Source: a virus
Reading direction: 5' to 3' (one strand)
IMG/VR virus record: IMGVR_UViG_3300034102_003113
DNA: 64,000 bases
Part shown: piece after piece, positions 54,301-62,870 of the stretch
Numbering within the stretch: the first letter of the stretch is position 1
Layout of the letters: every line of letters starts with the position of its first letter
Translations under genes and position numbers: made by a program
Notes under the pieces: model-generated
The model's input: the letters and a program-made list of their open reading frames with translations, nothing else
The model's database searches: none
Told to the model about the DNA's origin: nothing

Positions 54301-54308
54301 GTTTAAAG
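54301..54308 (+). promoter_or_regulatory. GTTTAAAG candidate late promoter
   Basis: 32 nt upstream of the ATG at 54341. Confidence 0.6.
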
Positions 54309-54340
54309 TCTATGAAGAAACGTAGGAAAGAGCGCAGCGC

Positions 54341-57300
54341 ATGGCCTATTTAGGAAGAAATCCGGCAATTGGAACGCAAAAGATGCTCGATTCGCTCGAG
54401 TCGCAGTTCAATGGCGTCCTTACCACCTTCAACCTAAGGTTCAACGCCCAACCAACCTACCCAACTCTCTCAGCCTCGCTCATAGTCTCCCTTGGAGGCG
54501 TCCTCCAGGAACCCGGGCAGGCCTATTATGTATCATCGGACACAATTGTGTTTTCCGAGGCGCCCGCCGCTGGGACGGATTGTTGGATCCTGCTCTATAG
54601 TGAGTATGGGGCTGGTATCATCCCCGACCAACAAGGGAATTTTGGCGCTGCTACTCTGACACTTACCGGGGAACTCCGTGGCCCCAGCACCTTCATCATC
54701 GATCCGGCGGTAGTGGGTGATGATACGGGGGACGTGGTTATTAAGGGTAACCTGACCGTCCAGGGTGCCACCACCACAATTAACTCCACAACGCTGACAG
54801 TTGACGATAAGAATATAGTCCTTGCTGATTCAGCCTCGCCGACCGACGCCCTAGCAGATGGAGGCGGCATAACGCTGAAAGGCACCACGGATAAAACGAT
54901 TAACTGGGTCGATGCCACAGACGCTTGGACAAGTAGTGAGCGATTTAGTTACCCTTTGGGTAGCGCTACTGCTCCGGCGCTAACTTTCACTGGCGATCCC
55001 AACACCGGCATCTATTCCCCTGGCGCAGACCAAGTAGCCATCTCGACTAATGGCACTGGGCGGTTGTTTGTTGATGCGAGTGGCAGGATTGGTATTGGGA
55101 CGACGAACCCTAATGGAACTTTAGAGGTCGCAAATGGTGATGCATACATTACCAAAAACTCTGGGGGTGATGCTGGGGGCGTCACGTCCCAGTCTCTTTA
55201 CATAAGAACGCAGAGCGGAAATCTTGCTCGCCTGTACTCAATTAGTTCTGGAAGTGGAGGTCCAAATGGTTTTGGGGGAACTCTTTATATTCAAACTAAG
55301 GTTGATAACGGAAGCCTTGCTGATCACGTTGTTATTACACAGGCTGGCTTGGTGGGTATTGGGACGACGAGTCCCAGCGAGAAGGTCACTATTGGGGCAG
55401 GCTTGGAGACAGGGAGGCAATATCTTCGTCTTAATTTTTCCAATACAGATACATACATCGGACAAAGTAACGGAACCATATTTGGTCTTACTTCTGGCAA
55501 TGGTAGTTTTATTGTCTCTGACGCTGGAGTACCTCTTGGTGTTGGCACAGTAACAAGTCAGTCTCTGATTCTAGGTACAAACGGCCTAGAACGCGCTCGC
55601 ATCGACAGCTCCGGCCGCGTTGGCATTGGCATTACTAACCCAAGCGAGTTACTACATGTAAATGGAAACCTTGCGTTAGATAACGCTGTGCTTAACACGC
55701 CCAAGTACATCAAGTTTAATGCAAACGCAATCGGAAATCCCTATGGAGGAATTACATGGTACAATTATCAATGGGACTCCACCAAGCGAGCCGAGATCTC
55801 TTCTGGTCCTGATGGTGCTGTAGCCGCTGGCTATCTTGCTTTTTCCACGGGGTCCGGTGGTATAACCGAACGCCTCCGCATCACCTCCGCTGGTAATGTT
55901 GGTATTGGCACAGATAATCCAACTGCAAAATTAGAAGTTTCAAATTCTTCTGGAACAACTGGAATTTTAATATCTAATAATGTCGCAATATCACTCAAAG
56001 ACTCAACTGGAGCTGCTAGAAGAACAGCTTTACTGAGTGATTCTAATAATTTTTATTATGGAGATGTAGATAATGCAACATCCGGTGGAAATTTATTTTT
56101 ACTATCAAAAGGAAATATAAATTTCTTTAATAATGGAACAAATAATGTAACATTTAGTTCAACCGGATTTGTCGGTATCGGAACGGCAAATCCAACTGCA
56201 AAATTAGATGTCAGAGGTCCTGCTTATTTTGTAGGATCAAATACAAACAGAAGCACTACAATTGACACTAGCGTTTATATCAAAGGTGAATTGGGTGGAT
56301 GGGTCGAAGGTTATTATTTCAGAGGTTCTAGTAATACCAACCTAGGCGGATTTGGTATATACGGAAACAATGACACAACCGCGTATTTTTGGATAGGACC
56401 ATCTTATTCTTCTCCGTCATTAGTAATAGCTTCAAATGGAAATGTTGGAATTGGAACAGCCAGCATTGCAGAAAAATTACATATACACAATCCAGATACC
56501 GGATTGGCTGCAATTAGATTATCTGGTTCAGCTGGTTCACAGACCCCGTATAACATCCGACAGGGTGTAGTCGGTGTTTCTAATGGGGGATTTAGTATTT
56601 GGGATGTTACTGCGGCGGCTACTAGATTTGCAATTGATTCTGCTGGAAATATTGGTATTGGTACTGATGCTCCAATAGATAAATTACATGTATCAGGCGG
56701 ACAAACTAGAATATCCTCTAGAGCAAAAACTCTAACTGGTGATATTTTAGTACTATCCACTACAGAATCGGCTAACCGCATGGAATTACTAATTTCACAT
56801 GCGGCAACTAATTACCATAGAATTCAATCTGTGCATCAGGGCGTGGCATATACTGCGCTATGTTTGCAAAATGATGGCGGAAATGTTGGAATCGGAGTAA
56901 CAAATCCGTCAGAAAAACTTGAAGTTAATGGAAATCTAAGGGTAACTTTAGATGCTGGAAGTCAAAAAAACGTTGCAAGGATAGTAGAATTAGGATACTC
57001 GGGAATTACTGGAGCAAAAAATTGGGCACTTAGGGGAGTTTATCAACATCCATCTGGTGTTAGTGTTAATGCAGATGGTGGAGATTTGGATCTTATCAAA
57101 TCTTTAAATGGAAATACCATCCTTGCAACAAAAACTGATGGAACTGCACTTGGTAATGTTGGCATAGGGACCACAAATCCAACTTCAGCTCTTCATGTAA
57201 TTGGCAGTGGCACTTTTACTGGATCGGTTTCTGCTGCAGGAACTAGTGGATTTTACAGTAGTACGTTTGCAAATAATGTAAGAAACCCCATCTGGAGATT

Positions 57301-59503
57301 TGCAAATGCTGATGGTTATGGACTTAGTTATTTCCAAGGTAGTGCAGGAGTAAGTCCGGCAGGGGGCGGAGATACTATTGGTTTCCATTTTGGAACTGCA
57401 ACTGCTGCGGCATCTCTTCTACAATTAAATAATGGCCATGGTGCAGTTGTTAATGGTAATTTTGCTGCAACTGGAAATGTTGGCATCGGTACAACAAATC
57501 CAAGTGAAAAATTATATGTAGTTGGCACTATCGTCGGGGCTAGTAATGACAATTATTTCGGCAATTTTTCATCTGGAGCATATGTAGACATTGGCAATTT
57601 AGCCACAACTGAGGCATGGATAGATACTAGAAGTTCTTCTCTTGCTACTGTTGATCTCAACATGCGAACTAAGGGAAATGGGCAGATAAAATTTATAACG
57701 GGTGTTGAAGAGCGTCTTAGAATTACTGGAGCTGGAAATGTCGGCATAGGAACCACAAATCCAGAAATGGCTCTTCATGTATTTACTCCATCTGACACTG
57801 TTCCAGTAAGAATTGCAAGCAATGGTGGAGATTCTTCCATCGGATTTAAAGCTGCAGCAGATGCATTAACCTACAATACGAGATGCGGTTCATATCAAGG
57901 TGCTGGATTTGGCATTTGGACTGCAAATACTCTTAGATTTGTGTTAAATAATAGTGGGTACGTTGGAATTGGAACCAATAACCCAACCGCAAAATTAGTT
58001 GTTGATGGAGGAGGGCCAAGTTCAATTGCTTTTAGAGACGACTCTATTGAAAACCATAAGTCCGACTCTGATTCAGCCGCATTAGTTCTCAATTACTATG
58101 GATTGAATGGAGGAACAAGTAGGTTTAGAGACGTTGCTATCTATAATGGTAAGGGTGGATTTATTTCTATTTTTGATGGATCCAGTGGTAATGTCGGTAT
58201 AGGAACCACAAATCCACTTTCTAAACTTCATATAACAGGTCAATTACAAACAGCAAACCCATCTACATATTCAGCAATTACAGGTATTGACTATGGAAAC
58301 AGTTATCCAATTTACTGCACTGAAGTAAATGCCGGTTCTGGTGGATTTACTCCTTTCATACTACAAAGAACGGTTGTTAATAGCGGATATAGACAAATTT
58401 TAAGCATTGGTTCTTATAGAGCAAATGGTGGTAGTTATACTGGAGGTGCTTATATTGCACCTGGAGGAGGAAGTGATTCTAGTCCGACTGATTATTTCTT
58501 ATTCTCATACCAAGGTTCTCTGAGTTACAGTGGAGGAACAATCTCTTTCCCTGGACAGATTCAATCGACCCAAGGAAACAATGCTGCAACTGGTGGTGGT
58601 CAAATATACCTGAATGGGTCAACAGGGAATAGAATTGACTTTAATACTAGCGGTGTTGCTCCACCGGCCCTTGTTGGGACTGGAGGTGCTACCCGAAGTG
58701 CTGGAACCAAGATCGTGTTATATCCTGGGGGTTCTCCTTCTTACGCTGATGCTGGATTTGGTATTGAAGATAATACTTTATGGTCCTCCATTTGGGGTAC
58801 AGCACATCAATTCAAATGGTACGCAGGGACTACTAATATCGCAACATTAACTGGTGGTGGTAACCTAACTGTTACTGGAGAAATTCAAGCAACACTCTTT
58901 AGAGATTATAATGATAATAACTATTACGTAAATCCTGCAGGTACAAGTAGATTAAATACTCTGAGAATTTTTTCTAACTCTAGCGCTGATTGGGACGCAA
59001 TACAAATCTCTACTGACGGAGTTAGTGGATTAATCCAGGGTCTTGGTGATGAAGTCGGATTGAAACTAAGGTCTGAGTTAGGTAATATCATTCTTGCCGA
59101 TGATAGAGGTAATGTTGGCATCGGAACCACGAACCCAGCGTACAAACTCGAAGTTAACGGGTCATTCGCCGCCACTACGAAGTCCTTTGTAATCCCCCAC
59201 CCGACTAAGGAGGGCTATCGCCTCCGCTACGGAAGCCTCGAAGGCCCTGAGAACGGCGTCTATGTTCGTGGCAGAAGCAAGGTTTCTGTTATCGAGTTAC
59301 CTGAGTACTGGACAAAGCTCGTGGACCCAGACTCCATCACGGTGAACCTTACCCCGATAGGCAAAACTCAGACGCTCTGGGTTGAAAGCATTGAGGAGAA
59401 TACGGTGTATGTTGGATCAGAGTGCTCCGAGGTGGAGTACTTTTATACGATATTTGCCGAACGAGCTGATGTAGATAGACTAGAAGTAGAACTGGAGGGA
59501 TGA
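54341..59503 (+). CDS. Long tail fibre with 14 GxVGIG repeats and a C-terminal chaperone-like domain
   Basis: MAYLGRNP start; repeats; KSFVIPHPTK...LRYGSLEGPENGVYVRG...LPEYW C-terminus. Confidence 0.85.
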   Translation: MAYLGRNPAIGTQKMLDSLESQFNGVLTTFNLRFNAQPTYPTLSASLIVSLGGVLQEPGQAYYVSSDTIVFSEAPAAGTDCWILLYSEYGAGIIPDQQGNFGAATLTLTGELRGPSTFIIDPAVVGDDTGDVVIKGNLTVQGATTTINSTTLTVDDKNIVLADSASPTDALADGGGITLKGTTDKTINWVDATDAWTSSERFSYPLGSATAPALTFTGDPNTGIYSPGADQVAISTNGTGRLFVDASGRIGIGTTNPNGTLEVANGDAYITKNSGGDAGGVTSQSLYIRTQSGNLARLYSISSGSGGPNGFGGTLYIQTKVDNGSLADHVVITQAGLVGIGTTSPSEKVTIGAGLETGRQYLRLNFSNTDTYIGQSNGTIFGLTSGNGSFIVSDAGVPLGVGTVTSQSLILGTNGLERARIDSSGRVGIGITNPSELLHVNGNLALDNAVLNTPKYIKFNANAIGNPYGGITWYNYQWDSTKRAEISSGPDGAVAAGYLAFSTGSGGITERLRITSAGNVGIGTDNPTAKLEVSNSSGTTGILISNNVAISLKDSTGAARRTALLSDSNNFYYGDVDNATSGGNLFLLSKGNINFFNNGTNNVTFSSTGFVGIGTANPTAKLDVRGPAYFVGSNTNRSTTIDTSVYIKGELGGWVEGYYFRGSSNTNLGGFGIYGNNDTTAYFWIGPSYSSPSLVIASNGNVGIGTASIAEKLHIHNPDTGLAAIRLSGSAGSQTPYNIRQGVVGVSNGGFSIWDVTAAATRFAIDSAGNIGIGTDAPIDKLHVSGGQTRISSRAKTLTGDILVLSTTESANRMELLISHAATNYHRIQSVHQGVAYTALCLQNDGGNVGIGVTNPSEKLEVNGNLRVTLDAGSQKNVARIVELGYSGITGAKNWALRGVYQHPSGVSVNADGGDLDLIKSLNGNTILATKTDGTALGNVGIGTTNPTSALHVIGSGTFTGSVSAAGTSGFYSSTFANNVRNPIWRFANADGYGLSYFQGSAGVSPAGGGDTIGFHFGTATAAASLLQLNNGHGAVVNGNFAATGNVGIGTTNPSEKLYVVGTIVGASNDNYFGNFSSGAYVDIGNLATTEAWIDTRSSSLATVDLNMRTKGNGQIKFITGVEERLRITGAGNVGIGTTNPEMALHVFTPSDTVPVRIASNGGDSSIGFKAAADALTYNTRCGSYQGAGFGIWTANTLRFVLNNSGYVGIGTNNPTAKLVVDGGGPSSIAFRDDSIENHKSDSDSAALVLNYYGLNGGTSRFRDVAIYNGKGGFISIFDGSSGNVGIGTTNPLSKLHITGQLQTANPSTYSAITGIDYGNSYPIYCTEVNAGSGGFTPFILQRTVVNSGYRQILSIGSYRANGGSYTGGAYIAPGGGSDSSPTDYFLFSYQGSLSYSGGTISFPGQIQSTQGNNAATGGGQIYLNGSTGNRIDFNTSGVAPPALVGTGGATRSAGTKIVLYPGGSPSYADAGFGIEDNTLWSSIWGTAHQFKWYAGTTNIATLTGGGNLTVTGEIQATLFRDYNDNNYYVNPAGTSRLNTLRIFSNSSADWDAIQISTDGVSGLIQGLGDEVGLKLRSELGNIILADDRGNVGIGTTNPAYKLEVNGSFAATTKSFVIPHPTKEGYRLRYGSLEGPENGVYVRGRSKVSVIELPEYWTKLVDPDSITVNLTPIGKTQTLWVESIEENTVYVGSECSEVEYFYTIFAERADVDRLEVELEG

Positions 59504-59507
59504 TCTC

Positions 59508-60755
59508 ATGTCACTAGGACACTCACCATCTATTGTTACCAACGGATTAGTTCTTTGCTTAGATGCTGCGAACTACAAGAGTTTTAAGGGTGTTAACGCA
59601 ACTAATGTTTTAAACTCTATAGCCTATACTCAAGGCAATGTCAATAACTCTTTATACAAATACATCCAAGGTTCTGAAAATGTTAATATACCATCAATTG
59701 GGTATGTAAATTGTCCCTATGTGGATATTTACAATGACTATAATGGCGGTTCTGGAAATTGTTGTCCTAACTTATTCTCGTATGGAACCTCACTATCAGT
59801 TTCTCCAAATACAACATACACATACTCAATAATTTATAAAACTACCACAGGGTACAGTAACCCAAACTACATGTATCGGTATGAATATACAAGTAGTGGT
59901 GCTTATGCTGGAGAAGCTGGAGTACATAGCACCAGCAACAGAACATCCCTAGGGGACGGTTGGTGGTTTGCTTGGGGTCAATTTACTACTGGTCCGTCAA
60001 CAGCGATTCTAAATACTTACCTATTTCATTATGAATATGCAACACAAAACCGAGTTTATGTCTATCGTGCCGCATTATACCAGGGAACATATATAATCCC
60101 ACCAGAGCATATGCTCAATGTTGGTCAGGTGAGAGGAACCACCGTGGCAACAGGCGGTGGTTGGGCAGATTTAACTGGTACTAGTAATCATGGTGAATTG
60201 GTAAATGGACCAACTTATAATAGTTCCAATGGTGGTTCTTTGGTTTTTGATGGAAGTAATGATATGATTATTATTCCCGAAAACTCAGCACTAAATACTC
60301 AGACACCATCAGTTGAAGTTTGGGTAAAAACAAATGCAACCACACAGAATGGATTTTGGTTTGAAAAGGGAACTGTAAACACTCAATACTCATTATTCCA
60401 AGAAGGTGGTGTTATACAATGGAGACAAAATTTTAGTGGTAGTGGTACTACTAACTTAAGTACAACAACTGCAACTTATATGAACACCTCAAATTGGTAT
60501 CAAGTTGTTGGAACTTTTACCTCTGGAGCAAGAAGATTATACATTAATGGCGTTTTAGTTAATTCAGACACTCAGGGCGGGACAATTACTACTAATGCGA
60601 ATGGTATGTCTATAGGTGTTTATGGGGGATTCAATGGTAGTAGAGGATATTATTATAATGGAAATATTTCTGCAGTAAAAATTTATAATAAAGAACTAAC
60701 AGCGGCAGAAGTTCAACAAAATTTTAATGCAACCAGAGGGAGGTTTGGAATCTAA
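59508..60755 (+). CDS. LamG/concanavalin-like domain protein
   Basis: NGLVLCLDAAN, FDGSND, WYQVVGT, LYINGVL, IYNKELT..EVQQNFNA.RGRFGI. Confidence 0.8.
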   Translation: MSLGHSPSIVTNGLVLCLDAANYKSFKGVNATNVLNSIAYTQGNVNNSLYKYIQGSENVNIPSIGYVNCPYVDIYNDYNGGSGNCCPNLFSYGTSLSVSPNTTYTYSIIYKTTTGYSNPNYMYRYEYTSSGAYAGEAGVHSTSNRTSLGDGWWFAWGQFTTGPSTAILNTYLFHYEYATQNRVYVYRAALYQGTYIIPPEHMLNVGQVRGTTVATGGGWADLTGTSNHGELVNGPTYNSSNGGSLVFDGSNDMIIIPENSALNTQTPSVEVWVKTNATTQNGFWFEKGTVNTQYSLFQEGGVIQWRQNFSGSGTTNLSTTTATYMNTSNWYQVVGTFTSGARRLYINGVLVNSDTQGGTITTNANGMSIGVYGGFNGSRGYYYNGNISAVKIYNKELTAAEVQQNFNATRGRFGI

Positions 60756-62512
60756 TGGCAGTAGCATATAACCCACAAACAGCAACAAACGGACTCGTAT
60801 TCTCATTTGATGCAGCGAATCAAAAGTGTATTTCTCCATTAGGTTGCACAGGATTCAATACTGCACCACAACTTGTAAAGAATTTGATGTCTCAGTCTGA
60901 TGCAATTAATTCTTACAATGGAGTTAAACTCGGTAACCTTAGTTACTATACCGCTTTTGCTATTAATTATCCCGAAAGTTCTTTTGGTGGTGATGCTGCA
61001 AGTAGAGAAGGAATAACTCCAGGATATAATGTTAGAAGTGGAACTAAACTTTTTGATTATGAAAGAGCATTGAACTACGCAGTTTATAATAATCCAACAC
61101 AATCTTGGGTAAAAACTACAGTTTATGATACATATCTATATGCCTCAGAAGTCGATAGATTTGTTACTGAGTATGCAACTGCTGTAGCTACGTACCCAGA
61201 TGCTGTTCATATTGTTGCTGGTTCACACAGAGATTCATATCATAATGCTGCACAATATAATATTTTAAGAGATTTAGGTGCTCCAAGTAATGTGGATTCA
61301 ATTATTGGATTTGCTTCTCCAGAATGGATTTTAGTTGGAAAACCTGGATTGGGTGCAGGAAATGCTTATGGGTGGGTATTTGAAAATTATTCTACAAATC
61401 CAACCGAAGTTGCTCACTTAAATTTTGGATTGCCGATTTATGGTGGTACTGGCAATTACTTAGAGTTTGATGGTGCGGATGATTTTATCACAACTTCAAA
61501 TACTACAATAGCTGGAAGTCAAACATTTTCTGTTTGGATGTCAGTTGGAACAACAACTCCAAATGCTCCCGCTGGAGTTCTTACTCAACATAACTATGCT
61601 TCCACTGCTAATTTTGGAATTAATCATGTTGCAGGAAATAGACTTGCTGCTTCAATTGGTTATACAAATGATACTAGAGAATATGATAATAAATATACAA
61701 CATTTACCCCTACAGTAAATACTATTTTTAACGCAGTTTTAGTATATAATGCAGGAGAAAATAAAATTTATTGGTACATAAATGGGTCTTTAGATTCATC
61801 ATATACATTACCAGCAACTCCAAAATCAACAAACTATCCAATTTGTCTTGGTAGATGGGATGCTGGATACGGTGCTTATTATTTTAATGGAAAAGTATAC
61901 TCGGCAACAATACATAATACAGCACTTACTGCAGACCAGATCAAACAGAACTTTAATGCATTAAAGGGTAGATTTACATATGAACAATTAACTTATATTA
62001 TAAGTGGAAATTTAACAGTAACTGGAAATGGAACTGCAAATGTAAATATATTTAAAACCTCTGGGTCGAGTTCTTGGGACAATCAAGCATATAGCACAAC
62101 CTCATTTACTGCACCTTGCACTATAGAGTTTAACAAACAAGCGGAATCTGCAGATTATGGTACAGCTTACGCTATGATTGGGTGGAATGAAGATCCAACT
62201 GCAAATGCAAGTTATGCTAGCATAGATTATGCTTCCTATCCTTATGCCACTAGTAATTACCAAGTATATCACAACGGATCTCTAGTTCAAAATGGAGGAA
62301 CCTGGAGTACATCAAATAGGTTCTATATTGTCTATGGAACTGATGGTTTCATAAGACATTATAATGGTTCTACATTACTTTATTCCGTTAATTATGGTAC
62401 AGGAAGAACTGTATATGTTGATAGTAGTTTTTATTCTGTTAATTCTACATTTGGTGGATTTTCCAATATTAAAGTAATTAGATCTACTTGGAACGGATCT
62501 TCTTATGTTTAA
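60755..62512 (+). CDS. LamG domain protein with an inserted (ILEI-like) domain
   Basis: NGLVFSFDAAN...FDGADD...QNFNALKGRF. Confidence 0.75.
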   Translation: MAVAYNPQTATNGLVFSFDAANQKCISPLGCTGFNTAPQLVKNLMSQSDAINSYNGVKLGNLSYYTAFAINYPESSFGGDAASREGITPGYNVRSGTKLFDYERALNYAVYNNPTQSWVKTTVYDTYLYASEVDRFVTEYATAVATYPDAVHIVAGSHRDSYHNAAQYNILRDLGAPSNVDSIIGFASPEWILVGKPGLGAGNAYGWVFENYSTNPTEVAHLNFGLPIYGGTGNYLEFDGADDFITTSNTTIAGSQTFSVWMSVGTTTPNAPAGVLTQHNYASTANFGINHVAGNRLAASIGYTNDTREYDNKYTTFTPTVNTIFNAVLVYNAGENKIYWYINGSLDSSYTLPATPKSTNYPICLGRWDAGYGAYYFNGKVYSATIHNTALTADQIKQNFNALKGRFTYEQLTYIISGNLTVTGNGTANVNIFKTSGSSSWDNQAYSTTSFTAPCTIEFNKQAESADYGTAYAMIGWNEDPTANASYASIDYASYPYATSNYQVYHNGSLVQNGGTWSTSNRFYIVYGTDGFIRHYNGSTLLYSVNYGTGRTVYVDSSFYSVNSTFGGFSNIKVIRSTWNGSSYV

Positions 62513-62533
62513 CATCTAAATACTTAAAAAACT

Positions 62534-62869
62534 ATGTACAAATCAAGAAATTTTATAATCTTCTCAGTAGAAGAAATCAACAAAATTGACTTTAATTCTG
62601 TTCTAGAAACGTCACCAGATACTTTGAGAAGATCTGCTGATGGGACTAAAACTTTTGTCAAATGGGATCAGGCACCATTTGATCCGACTCCATATACAAT
62701 TATAAATGCAGAGACAGGTGAGGAACAAACTATTATTCCACAAGAACCCACTCCACCAAGTTTTATAAATGATCTTCAAACAAAAGAAGGTCCTTATACA
62801 TATGAAGAAATGCTGGCGATTTTAAATGGTCCAGAATGGACTGCACCTATGCCAATGGGAGAGGAGTAA
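62534..62869 (+). CDS. Small protein associated with LamG arrays
   Basis: IDFNSVLETS.DTLRRS.DGTKTFVKW...GPYTYEEML.IL. Confidence 0.7.
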   Translation: MYKSRNFIIFSVEEINKIDFNSVLETSPDTLRRSADGTKTFVKWDQAPFDPTPYTIINAETGEEQTIIPQEPTPPSFINDLQTKEGPYTYEEMLAILNGPEWTAPMPMGEE

Positions 62870-62870
62870 A

